The notes beneath the pieces were generated by a model. That model worked only from the letters and a program-made list of their open reading frames with translations, was not told where the DNA came from and made no database searches. A program made the position numbers and the translations under genes. A DNA stretch of 63,616 nucleotides from Paraspadella gotoi (lineage: Eukaryota > Animalia > Chaetognatha). Positions 51,981-62,925 of this stretch are shown here, in pieces. Numbering within the stretch: the first letter of the stretch is position 1; every line of letters starts with the position of its first letter. Where the stretch lies: NCBI GenBank assembly GCA_051294375.1, contig CM119263.1, positions 27,676,568 to 27,740,183 of the forward strand, given 5' to 3'.

Positions 51981-52503
51981 TGTAGCTTGAGGCCAACCAG
52001 GCAACTGAAAATTCTGAATTCAAATCTCAGATTTATAGATTAAGCAAACTTTAAATCTTTTGTTTATTTCTATTACAAAGTATTATTTGACCCTCTGAAG
52101 ATGGCTCTGTGAAAATCCTTTTGTATTATGTTTCAGACTGTTTACTTTTGAAATTGTTAAACTGAATTAATTCAGTCTTGTCTTATGCACTCTTCGCGAA
52201 TACATCAAAACAATTAATAAACTATCTCGGCTTGTTTTTATTAAATCATCAAATGTAATCAATACATTAAATAATGATGTCATGAAACTCGAGTTAAAGT
52301 TTAATAATAAATTGAATTAAATCATTTTAATATTACTACAAATAAACTCTGAGTAAGAATAAACAATTTGAGTTACCGTTCCTGCTTTCCCTGTGTCATT
52401 GCCAATCAATTACTATCATCATTGATGGCACAACTTAGTCACATGAACTCCTGTGGGCAAGACCTTTCGTAACGCTGTAGCTGGCCTCAATAGGTCAACC
52501 ACA
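51981..52503 (+). repeat. 5' LTR (523 bp)
   Basis: Near-identical to 58035-58585 except for a 28-bp gap and at least one substitution. Confidence 0.95.
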
Positions 52504-52505
52504 CA

Positions 52506-52520
52506 TGGTGAGAACGACGA
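52506..52520 (+). promoter_or_regulatory. Primer-binding site (tRNA-Trp-like)
   Basis: TGGTGAgaaCGACG, 2 nt after the LTR. Confidence 0.65.
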
Positions 52521-52689
52521 CGAAACAAAACCAACCTTCAAAACGGGGAGACAGCGGAATCAACCCTTTCCCAAGGTAAGATTGGGTTAGAAATCTGGGA
52601 TTTAAGCCAATCGCCCAATCGGCTCACGCTTATCCTTTCTCTTCCATGCTCCCCACGTTATCTACATCTCGACGGAGTCAAACGAATCC

Positions 52690-53760
52690 ATGAGCGGGTC
52701 CGACCTTCGATCTCGCTTACGCTCAGCCCAAAGAGACGCCGACGACGCTGCTAGACTGCAACTACCATTCGGGTTCGGACGCGGTCATCGCTCTCGATCA
52801 ATATCGCCAGCCTTCGCCGACGCAGCGCCGGAATTCGAGTATCCGGCGACGGAAACGCAAGCCAACATGGCGACAGCTGACGCAGCTCCTCGCGATATAC
52901 ACGACGAAAACGCCGAGTTACGCGCTGCACTCGCTGCCGCGACCCGGGCACTCGAGCGAGCTTCCAATAGGAAGCCCGATCTCCCTGATTTCGATGTCGT
53001 CAACATCGAGATTTGGATTAAACGGGTGGAGGCCGCCTACACCCGCTCAGGCATCACCGCGGCCAAAAACAAATTCGCACATCTTGAGAGCAAGATAGGA
53101 ACGAACGTCGACCCTACTATCAATAAATTTCTATTCGGCGAAGCTACCGATGAGTCTTGGAGGCAGTTCTTAGCGTATCTACGAAAGGAATATGGCCTTA
53201 CGCGCCGCCAGCAGGCGGCCCATATCCTTGACGCCCTCGACGTTGACGCCACCAAACCATCGAAGATGCTAGCCCAATTAGAAGAGAAGACGAAGAACCT
53301 GACGTTGGACGACATCCGGAAGGAGAAAATCCTTCGAGAGATCCCACTAGAGATTCGCCGGCAATTAGAAGACAAGGCCGACGACATGACAGCTCATGAG
53401 CTCTGCCAGATCGCCGATCGACATTACGACAAGGACGGCAACATTAAAATTCGCCAAACACCCTCTCTAGTGAGTAATATCGACAAAGGACGCCGCGATC
53501 GACTGACCGACCGACTCGACAGCAGCTCGAGCGACGAGGACGCGATCAACGCCGTCGATAGTCGTCCACGAAAAAAGTTTAGCAGCAAGCGACGACCAGC
53601 TCCACCTCCAAAAGGCAAAAGCAAATCGAAACTAACGACACTGTGCTCTAAACACATCAAGTTTGGAGACGAAGCATGGGCATGCGAGCCTGGGTGCGCG
53701 AGATTCGATGAAATGAAGGCCAAGAAGGAGGGAAATGCCAAAGGGGGCCGACGACGGTGA
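52690..53760 (+). CDS. gag: Gag
   Basis: 356 aa; C-x2-H-x9-C-x3-C (CSKHIKFGDEAWACEPGC) is the CsRn1-type knuckle. Confidence 0.9.
   Translation: MSGSDLRSRLRSAQRDADDAARLQLPFGFGRGHRSRSISPAFADAAPEFEYPATETQANMATADAAPRDIHDENAELRAALAAATRALERASNRKPDLPDFDVVNIEIWIKRVEAAYTRSGITAAKNKFAHLESKIGTNVDPTINKFLFGEATDESWRQFLAYLRKEYGLTRRQQAAHILDALDVDATKPSKMLAQLEEKTKNLTLDDIRKEKILREIPLEIRRQLEDKADDMTAHELCQIADRHYDKDGNIKIRQTPSLVSNIDKGRRDRLTDRLDSSSSDEDAINAVDSRPRKKFSSKRRPAPPPKGKSKSKLTTLCSKHIKFGDEAWACEPGCARFDEMKAKKEGNAKGGRRR
53730..53736 (+). promoter_or_regulatory. -1 ribosomal frameshift slippery site G GGA AAT with downstream GC-rich stem
   Basis: X XXY YYZ in the gag frame; pol is in the -1 frame; gggg..gacgg/ccgtc-cccc pairing lies downstream. 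Confidence 0.7.
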
Positions 53761-56700
53761 ACGCCGTCCCCCACGATTCTACTCAATCACCGGCGTCAAA
53801 CAACCTCATCTATATTCGAGACGCCGGGGATAGGACGAGATGGCTTGTCGATGGAGGAGCTCTTTTATCAATCATTCCGCCAACTCAGCAACAACGTAAT
53901 CAAGGCCCCGATCCTAATATGAAGCTTCAAGCAGCAAACGGCTCGTCGATTGAATGCTTTGGAACGGCGGACAGAACGGTTCAGTTGGGAAACAGGAAAT
54001 ATGAATATCGCTTCGTCGTAGCCGATGTAAAGCAGAATATTCTGGGAGCCGACTTCTTAGCGGAAAATTTCCTGGCACCCAACCACCGAGACGGGCTCCT
54101 AATCGATCTCCAGGACTATTCAACAATTGCAGCAGCGACGTCAAACGAAACCGCAGCACATGTCAATTTTGTAGACCGAAAAGGAGAACAATTTTACAAG
54201 CTATTAGACTCCTTCCCCTCGCTCTCGACGCCCACCTTCGAAGTGAAGGATCCTAAACATGGCGTAACCCATTCAATTCCAACAGAGGGACGCCCATGCC
54301 AGGCGAAAGCTCGACGACTCGACCCTGAGAAGCTAGCCGTGGCTAAGAGAGAATTGGAGAAGATGGTATCCTTAGGGGTTGCCAAAAGGGGAAAATCAGA
54401 ATGGTCCTCCCCTCTCCATGTCGTCTCAAAGCCTGACGGCGGTTGGAGGTGTTGCGGTGACTACCGCCGCCTGAACGCTCAGACGGTCGACGACCGTTAT
54501 CCTGTGAAGCTGCTATCAGATTTCAATTCACAACTGGAGGGCAAGACGATCTTTTCGAAGATCGACTTGCTCAAAGGTTATCACCAGATTCCAGTGAATC
54601 CGGATGATGTCAAAAAGACAGCCGTGATAACACCTTTCGGGCTGTATGTATTTCCCCGCTGTCCATTTGGCCTGAAGAATGCAGGCCAAGATTTTCAGCG
54701 CCTGATGGACGAAATCTTGGGGGAAATACCACACACATTTGTGTATCTCGACGACATACTCGTCGCCTCTTCATCCCCTGAAGAGCACATGCAGGACCTC
54801 GAACGGGTATTCAAAGCCTTGGATCAAAATGGATTAGTGGTCAACACTAAAAAGTGCCTGTTAGGCCAGGAATCATTAGAGTTTCTCGGCTTTCTCGTCG
54901 ACAGACACGGAGTCCGACCACTTCCAGAAAGAGTACAAACTCTACAAGAAACGACAAGACCCACATCGATAAAAGAGTTACAAAGATTTCTGGGTATGAT
55001 AAACTACTATCGAAGGTTTATCCCCAGAGTCGCGCATCGCTGCGCCCCGTTGTATGAAGCTCTAAGTGGGAAGCCAAAGGCGTTAAACTGGACAAGCGAA
55101 TGCGAGCAAGCCTTCGAGGCGATCAAGGAGGGCCTCATATCGGCAGCTCTTCTCCATCATCCTCGCACAGGCGCCCAGTTGTGCGTCACGACAGACGCGT
55201 CGGATCACGCGGTCGGAGCGGTGCTCGAGCAGCGAGGGCCAAAGGGCTGGGAGCCATTGGCCTTCTTCTCAGCAAAACTCGCGAAAAACCAGAAACTCTG
55301 GCCGCCATTCGATCGCGAGCTATTCGGCGCGTTCAGAGCCGTTCGACACTTTCGCCATTGGATTGAGGGCCGTGCTTTTACCTTATATACAGACCATCAA
55401 AGTCTAGTATCGGCGATAAGGAAAAAGACGGAACCTCAGACGATGAGACAATCTTATCAGCTTTCGGCGATAGCTGAGTTTACAACGGACGTTCGCTATT
55501 TGAAAGGCAAAGCCAACGTAGTAGCAGACGCCTTATCGCGCCCAAATGCCACTCCAAACTCAACTCAAAACATAGGCGATAAAAACGAAGGCGAAAAAGC
55601 GAAAAAAACCGTCCCTGCTAGCTCAACAAGCCAAACGACAAATACCGCCGCCTTCGCGAACTCAATCGCGGCGAAAAAGGGAAATCTAGCTGAATGGACT
55701 GGCCAAAAGACAGCTACCGCGGGCTTCGCGCCGGAAATTCATCTGGAAATGGCGAAGCCGGCCACGCTGTCAAGCCAAACGACACCTACCACTGACTTCG
55801 CGCCGGAAATTCATCTGGAAATGGCGAAGCCAGCCATGTCGTCACGCCAAACGACAGCTACCTCGATCCCGAATACTCTCGCGCCGAGAATTCACTCAGA
55901 AATCGCCAAATCAGCCGCGTCAAACAGCCAAGAGATAGCTACCGCGAGCAATAACATCGAAAACACGGATTACTCGATCAAAGAAAATCGTTTGGAAGAT
56001 GTAAACGCCGTTATCGCCTCACTTACAAATTTTGAAATCGATTTCGAGCAGATGGCTCGAGAACAGGTGCTCGACCCAGAATTTCAGCGGATAAACGAGG
56101 ACGCTCGAAGTGGATTAACGTTCAGAAAAATTAGAGTCGGAAACCAAGACCTAATAGCGGACATTTCAAACGGTCCGGCCCGGCCATATGTTCCAGCATC
56201 ATGGCGCCGGAAAGTATTCAACGTCATCCATGGATTAGGCCATCCAGGGATAGAAGCGACTCGTAAGGCAATCGCTGCCAAATTCGTATGGACTAGTATG
56301 AGACAAGATGTCTCCAACTGGGCTCGAAATTGCATAAACTGCCAAAAAGCGAAAATAGTCAAACATACAGTGCCAGATATCGGAGAATTCAAAGTCCCGG
56401 CACGGCGATTTCAGCACTTAAATATTGACTTAGTCAAAATGCCTAAGTCGAACGGTTTTTGCCATTTATTAACAATAGTTGATAGATTTTCGAGATGGCC
56501 TACTGCGATTCCAATACGTGACACGCTGACGCCGACGATACTAGACGCGCTGAGCTTAAATTGGATTAGCGTATTTGGAACCCCTTCGATCATCACAACG
56601 GACAGAGGTAGCCAATTTACCTCGAATCTATGGAAACAACTTACCAAACAGTGGGGAATTAAAAGCCAAGTAACAACAGCTTATCATCCACAAGCTAATG

Positions 56701-57725
56701 GCCTCGTCGAAAGGTTTCATCGACGACTAAAAGAATCGCTAAGTGCACTTGCAAACGAAGAAAAAGAGAACTGGTTCTGGAAGCTGCCCCTTACCTTATT
56801 GGCTATCAGGACCACCGTCAAGGAGGATATCGGAGCCTCAGCCGCGGACCTAGTCTTCGGCGAGGGCATTGGAATCCCTGGCAACTTACTCGGCGACGCT
56901 CAAAACAACGACAACGAACTAAATAGACAAAGGAGAAATCAACTCTCTAAGCTCCGAGTCGAAGTAGCGCGCCTCCAACCGAAACCGACCTCAGCTCATC
57001 GACAACCAGCGGTACACCTTCCGAGTAATCTCGACACAGCGAAATACGTCTTCATTCGACGGGCAGGGGTGCAACCACCTCTAATACCTCCCTACGAAGG
57101 ACCCTATAGAGTCGTCCGTCGAAACGGGCTAAACGTCACCGTCGATATTCCGAGCAAAGGTCGAGAAACAGTAAACGTCGCCCGTGTGAAGCCGGCCTGG
57201 ATTAGTGACGACGACGAGCAGGTCGAGGACCCAGAACCACAATGGGAGAGACGCCCAGGTCGCCGACCAGGGGTCAGGACGAGACAGCCGGCGCCAACGA
57301 CAAGAAAAACGCGATCGATGACTAAACGCGCAGCGTCGCCTTCTCCTACTCCTCCTCCTCCTCCTCCTCTTTCCCCCACTGTCTCCCCAACTTCACCCAA
57401 TCAACCCCACCTTCCACCCAACCCCCACCTATCCTCTCAACGCTTTTTCCTCGCTCCTTCCCATTCTCCAGAGCCTCCACGTGAGACCGCTCCACCGCGA
57501 GAGAAAAATCACAACAACAACAACCGCGAAAACAATCAAAATGAGCCAACGTGTAGGTTTTCGCGTCCAACGGCAGAAAACTGTTTGAATAAAGCCTACA
57601 ACAACTATCCTCGACCAACATATGCTGTCGTATTGAAAGAACTACTGGCTCGACAAAAAAGGGAAAACAACAACAAGAACAAAAACGAAAACAAAAGACA
57701 AGAACAAAAAACAAAATCCCTTTAA
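53757..57725 (+). CDS. pol: Pol polyprotein (protease, RT, RNase H, integrase)
   Basis: LVDGGA protease; YLDD RT; TDAS...ADALSR RNase H; HHCC, D-D-E and PYEGPY integrase motifs. No stop codons. Confidence 0.95.
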   Translation: MNAVPHDSTQSPASNNLIYIRDAGDRTRWLVDGGALLSIIPPTQQQRNQGPDPNMKLQAANGSSIECFGTADRTVQLGNRKYEYRFVVADVKQNILGADFLAENFLAPNHRDGLLIDLQDYSTIAAATSNETAAHVNFVDRKGEQFYKLLDSFPSLSTPTFEVKDPKHGVTHSIPTEGRPCQAKARRLDPEKLAVAKRELEKMVSLGVAKRGKSEWSSPLHVVSKPDGGWRCCGDYRRLNAQTVDDRYPVKLLSDFNSQLEGKTIFSKIDLLKGYHQIPVNPDDVKKTAVITPFGLYVFPRCPFGLKNAGQDFQRLMDEILGEIPHTFVYLDDILVASSSPEEHMQDLERVFKALDQNGLVVNTKKCLLGQESLEFLGFLVDRHGVRPLPERVQTLQETTRPTSIKELQRFLGMINYYRRFIPRVAHRCAPLYEALSGKPKALNWTSECEQAFEAIKEGLISAALLHHPRTGAQLCVTTDASDHAVGAVLEQRGPKGWEPLAFFSAKLAKNQKLWPPFDRELFGAFRAVRHFRHWIEGRAFTLYTDHQSLVSAIRKKTEPQTMRQSYQLSAIAEFTTDVRYLKGKANVVADALSRPNATPNSTQNIGDKNEGEKAKKTVPASSTSQTTNTAAFANSIAAKKGNLAEWTGQKTATAGFAPEIHLEMAKPATLSSQTTPTTDFAPEIHLEMAKPAMSSRQTTATSIPNTLAPRIHSEIAKSAASNSQEIATASNNIENTDYSIKENRLEDVNAVIASLTNFEIDFEQMAREQVLDPEFQRINEDARSGLTFRKIRVGNQDLIADISNGPARPYVPASWRRKVFNVIHGLGHPGIEATRKAIAAKFVWTSMRQDVSNWARNCINCQKAKIVKHTVPDIGEFKVPARRFQHLNIDLVKMPKSNGFCHLLTIVDRFSRWPTAIPIRDTLTPTILDALSLNWISVFGTPSIITTDRGSQFTSNLWKQLTKQWGIKSQVTTAYHPQANGLVERFHRRLKESLSALANEEKENWFWKLPLTLLAIRTTVKEDIGASAADLVFGEGIGIPGNLLGDAQNNDNELNRQRRNQLSKLRVEVARLQPKPTSAHRQPAVHLPSNLDTAKYVFIRRAGVQPPLIPPYEGPYRVVRRNGLNVTVDIPSKGRETVNVARVKPAWISDDDEQVEDPEPQWERRPGRRPGVRTRQPAPTTRKTRSMTKRAASPSPTPPPPPPLSPTVSPTSPNQPHLPPNPHLSSQRFFLAPSHSPEPPRETAPPREKNHNNNNRENNQNEPTCRFSRPTAENCLNKAYNNYPRPTYAVVLKELLARQKRENNNKNKNENKRQEQKTKSL

Positions 57726-58034
57726 CCCGACCACTGCCGGAACCTTCTTGGTCCATCTTCCTCCATCAGCGTCCACGAGTAGTTCCGACAGCAGTGACCC
57801 CTTAATCCTTTATTCCTATATTATTTTTCAATTTTTGTTTGTATTATTTTACAAATTTTATTTTCGATTTTAAAGAAATCAAGTCAAAGTTAGTCAAGGC
57901 GATTTTGAATTACCCGTTTTACTACAGTATTAATTTTGCAAATTTTAGTAACATCATACTTTCACACAGTGGCCAACAAACAGAATTATTTTTATTTTAT
58001 TAAATTTAACATGTTATATTTAATCAGAGGGGGA

Positions 58035-58585
58035 TGTAGACGATCGACAAGTCACCTGGACTTACAGCTTGAGGCCAACCAGGCAACTGAAAATTCTGAA
58101 TTCAAATCTCAGATTTATAGATTAAGCAAACTTTAAATCTTTTGTTTATTTCTATTACAAAGTATTATTTGACCCTCTGAAGATGGCTCTGTGAAAATCC
58201 TTTTGTATTATGTTTCAGACTGTTTACTTTTGAAATTGTTAAACTGAATTAATTCAGTCTTGTCTTATGCACTCTTCGCGAATACATCAAAACAATTAAT
58301 AAACTATCTCGGCTTGTTTTTATTAAATCATCAAATGTAATCAATACATTAAATAATGATGTCATGAAACTCGAGTTAAAGTTTAATAATAAATTGAATT
58401 AAATCATTTTAATATTACTACAAATAAACTCTGAGTAAGAATAAACAATTTGAGTTACCGTTCCTGCTTTCCCTGTGTCATTGCCAATCAATTACTATCA
58501 TCATTGATGGCACAACTTAGTCACATGAACTCCTGTGGGCAAGACCTTTCGTCACGCTGTAGCTGGCCTCAATAGGTCAACCACA
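58035..58585 (+). repeat. 3' LTR (551 bp)
   Basis: Follows the PPT; ends ACA followed by the TSD. Confidence 0.95.
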
Positions 58586-58718
58586 CATCTTATCAAATTT
58601 TCCTCGGAAGATTCGTCGATTCTTGGAAAGGAGATGTGACGTAGGAAAGTGATGTATAATGGATGGAGAAAAGGGTTCGAAGATGAAGCTGTAGAAAAGA
58701 ATTGTGATGATGATGATT

Positions 58719-58751
<33 letters not shown>

Positions 58752-59123
58752 TAACAGATGTAGAAGAAGCAATCAAAAATTGATCGAGGGAAGCGGTCGA
58801 AGGAAGCGGTCTAAGAAAGGAGTCAAAGGAAGCGGTCGAATGAAGCGGGTGAAGAAAGCGGTCAAGACAGATTTTGTACAGGAAGAAGAAGCGATTCAAG
58901 TCTTGGTGGAAGGAAAAAAATCGGACGAGAAGCGAAAGAACGAAAGAAGCGAAAAGGAAGCGTAAAAGGCAATCACGAGAATGGAGCGATATATCTCGTC
59001 ACCTTTTAGAATTTGTTTAATCTGAGACGTCATTTTTGATCGAAATAAAAAATGGAAAATGAAAAGAAACGAATGGAAAAAATGGATAAAAGGATTTGGG
59101 CACAAATAAAAAAAATGAAATGC

Positions 59124-59378
59124 TATGGCAACAGCCGGGTTGCCTGTGATGCCCATTGGGATGGGGCATCTCACAGTTGGCTTTGGGGGCTTCCGACCCT
59201 CAGTGACGCCTCCAGTCACTGGCGCGGTTACCCTAGGACGGACTCGCTTTGCCAACGCAGAAGGAAGTCGTTAGGACTGTGGATGGAACACTACGCCTGG
59301 GATGGTGTGTTCCCCCTCTGAGCCAATGGATTTGGCTGACGGATGGTGGACGTGAGGCGGTGTGAATATACCGCCACA
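59124..59378. mobile_element. Solo LTR of a second LTR family (255 bp, GC-rich)
   Basis: TATGGC...GCCACA inverted termini flanked by a 4-bp direct repeat ATGC (59120-59123 and 59379-59382). Confidence 0.65.
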
Positions 59379-60757
59379 ATGCAAAATAAATGACAAGAAA
59401 AGGAAATGCGTTAGGAAAGAAAAGTGGGTAAATATTGTATGTAGAAATAGTTAAGGATTTATACTATAGAACGATAGGACAGAACTCCGTAAAGATAAGC
59501 GGATATTTTTTTTAAAAAATGAAAAGGAAAAAGGAAAAAAAAGAAAAAAAAAGGAAAAAATGTCGTTGAAAATGAAGGAACAGCTGCCCAATCGGGCGAC
59601 TCTTAACAAAGACTCGTCGCTTACAACCGCCGCCAAGCCTCCAAGTTTCACCGCCGCCGCGCCCCGCCGCCAATCCGCCCTTCCTATCTGCCCCCCACGC
59701 GCGATCGGGAAAAGATACGCGCCCACCAAAGCGTGCGCGTGGTCTTTCACGTGTACGACGCATGTGCGTGCGCGAATAGCATTCGAGCATAGGGTGGGGT
59801 GTAAAAAAATGAGAGGATGTTGTAGAGGAATTAAGACTTTTTTCGGAAATGTGAGGAGACGGATTGGGCATTAAAAGAAGATGGGCGTTACTATCAGCGG
59901 CTTCTATCCGTTGTAATTCAGTTCCCATCGTTTTTTTTTTTAAACTTTTAAATTCTCGCTTAATCTTTTTTGAAAATCTCGTAATTCCGTCGAATTAGGG
60001 CTGACGTAGTAAACAAAACTAAATAATTGGCTGCGATCTCTTCCAATATTTTTATTCGTAACTAAAACTTTACCAACTTACCGAATCCCTTCCCGGATCC
60101 ACTCTCAATTATTATTTCGTGCCTTCTCCCCTTTCCCTCTTTTTCTTTTCCATACTCACTCGTTTCATTTTTCGCGCATTGACCTTCTCAGCTCGCCACC
60201 TTTTTTCACCCTCAACCCGTAAGTATCTTATTACGCGCCAACCTGCCTTCCCTCACCTCTAATTTACCTTTCCCCCTTTCCTCCCTTCTTCCCTCACCTC
60301 CCCCCACCCCCGTCAAGATGGCAATTTTCAAAAAAACTCGTATTTCTCTTTTTTTTTCCTCTTCCAATTTTCGCCCTTGAATTTTTTTTTTCAGCTCGCT
60401 TATCTCCCCGCATCTCGCTGTCTAATTCCAAGTCCTGTCGACTCCAAATGCTCCCGCCGCTGCTGTCCGCCGCCGCCGCCCGAGCCGCTCGTACCGTCGC
60501 AACAGCAGCGCCGCCATAATCCAACTCCTCCCGCAGACTTAATCCAACTTTTTCAACTTTGATCCAAGTTTTTCCTCTTCGCCTCTAAATCTTTTTCATC
60601 CCAAATCCAACACAAATTCTGAAATTCAAACTGTTGCGCCATCTTTTGTCTCTTTGGACTCCCATGAGCTTCTTTGCTTCTTTTCGGATCTTTCTTACTC
60701 CCCCGCGGTTATTCTCTCTCTCTCTCTGTCTCTCTCTCTCTCTCATCTCTTCTCTCT

Positions 60758-60799
<42 letters not shown>

Positions 60800-60928
60800 C
60801 CTCTCTCTCTTCTCTCTCCTCACCATTTTTTTTCCGCATCTCGATTAGTTGAATAAATTAGTCGGCGTTGTGGGGTAAAAGAACTCGGTTAAAGGCAGTT
60901 AACTTGATGAATTCTTGGCACTCTCGCT

Positions 60929-60981
<53 letters not shown>

Positions 60982-61272
60982 TCTCTCTCTCTTCTCTCTC
61001 TCTCTCTCTCTTTCTCCCGTCTCTCTTCGTCCCACACTTGTCCGGATCCATTCTTTCCTTGTCGCCTTCACAACGTGGTATCCAACCACATTGTATTTCA
61101 AGTTGAAAAACAGCATTTCAAGGTCATAGCTGAAGGACGTTGACTTTTAAGATGGAATAAGTTGAAGAACTCAAAAAAGTATTAGACATGTTTCTCTACA
61201 TTCTAACTTTTGTTATTGTTATCCCGAGACGAAGAGTCAACAAGAGGGAGTTCTCATTGAAGCCGGAAACGG

Positions 61273-61335
61273 TTTTTTGTTGCGTCGCGAGTTGGAGCAA
61301 CTCTATAAGTCACTTTTTGGTCGGTCTGTCAGTTC
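61273..61335 (+). mobile_element. Family-2 HINE 5' fragment
   Basis: ctctataagtcactttttggtcggtctg. Confidence 0.5.
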
Positions 61336-62172
61336 GCCGGGTTATTACACTCATATTTTAATTACAAAAACTCGGGTTCATTTTATGCTTTGGAGTTCGG
61401 AGATAGGTTATGTACTAAAATATGTTTATTAAGGATATATTTTATTCTTATATATACTATATATATATATATACTACTTAATCTTTTTGTAATCTCTTTT
61501 TAAACTCATTTTGCAGACTTATGTATGTATGTTTTGTTTGTTTTCTGTACTGAATTAACCTTGTTGCATTCGAATAAAACGCTATATTATCAGGAAAATT
61601 CAACCATATAATAAGAAATTTAATGCGAAGCAAGACAGAGAAATTCTCATTTCTTATTTTTGCCAACGCGATGATATTTAATTCAAGACGAGTAGGTTGC
61701 CCTACTTTTTTGGCACTTAAAAGTGATTTCTATTCCGAATAAATTTTTGAGCGAGAAGAGAAAGTTAATAAATAATTTGTTTATCGCTTTTAATATTTAC
61801 CTTTTAAAGATCTATTTTCTTTTCTTTTCTTCTTTCTTTAACGTTGTTTTTATTTTCTTTTTCTTATTATTCTTAATATTATCTTTTTCATTACTATCTT
61901 TTAATATTTTTTTATTAATTTTCCGGTCTTTTTTATTCATTCCATTTTGTAATTCTTTTTTATTGATTATTTCCCTCTCATTCTCTTCAGACTTCTCTCT
62001 ATTGTTCTTTCTTTTACTTTTATTTTCATTTCTTATTTTCTTTCCTTTCTTCTTTCCTTTTTCTTTTTCTTTCCTCTCTGCTCTTTTTGTTTTTCTTTCC
62101 GATATTTCTTTCTTATTCCCTCCCTTTCTGTTTTCCTCTTCTCTTCTCTCTCTCTCTCTCGTCCTCCCTCCA

Positions 62173-62237
<65 letters not shown>

Positions 62238-62265
62238 TCTCTCCTCTTTCCTATTTCATCTTTCG

Positions 62266-62925
62266 NNNNNNNNNNNNNNNNNNNNNNNNNNNNNNNNNNN
62301 NNNNNNNNNNNNNNNNNNNNNNNNNNNNNNNNNNNNNNNNNNNNNNNNNNNNNNNNNNNNNNNNNNNNNNNNNNNNNNNNNNNNNNNNNNNNNNNNNNNN
62401 NNNNNNNNNNNNNNNNNNNNNNNNNNNNNNNNNNNNNNNNNNNNNNNNNNNNNNNNNNNNNNNNNNNNNNNNNNNNNNNNNNNNNNNNNNNNNNNNNNNN
62501 NNNNNNNNNNNNNNNNNNNNNNNNNNNNNNNNNNNNNNNNNNNNNNNNNNNNNNNNNNNNNNNNNNNNNNNNNNNNNNNNNNNNNNNNNNNNNNNNNNNN
62601 NNNNNNNNNNNNNNNNNNNNNNNNNNNNNNNNNNNNNNNNNNNNNNNNNNNNNNNNNNNNNNNNNNNNNNNNNNNNNNNNNNNNNNNNNNNNNNNNNNNN
62701 NNNNNNNNNNNNNNNNNNNNNNNNNNNNNNNNNNNNNNNNNNNNNNNNNNNNNNNNNNNNNNNNNNNNNNNNNNNNNNNNNNNNNNNNNNNNNNNNNNNN
62801 NNNNNNNNNNNNNNNNNNNNNNNNNNNNNNNNNNNNNNNNNNNNNNNNNNNNNNNNNNNNNNNNNNNNNNNNNNNNNNNNNNNNNNNNNNNNNNNNNNNN
62901 NNNNNNNNNNNNNNNNNNNNNNNNN
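62266..62925. other. Assembly gap (660 N); a 10-N gap also lies at 11711-11720
   Basis: N runs next to CT microsatellites. Confidence 1.

Larger units (their letters stand above)
51981..58585 (+). mobile_element. Full-length Ty3/gypsy LTR retrotransposon, CsRn1 clade
   Basis: TGT...ACA LTRs; 4-bp TSD CATC (51977-51980 and 58586-58589); PBS; PPT AGAGGGGGA; CHCC gag knuckle; PR-RT-RH-IN order. Confidence 0.95.

Noticed and set aside
59124-59378. SRP (7SL) RNA or RNase P RNA
   Set aside because: No SRP helix-8 motif and no RNase P CR-V; inverted termini plus a TSD explain it better as a solo LTR.
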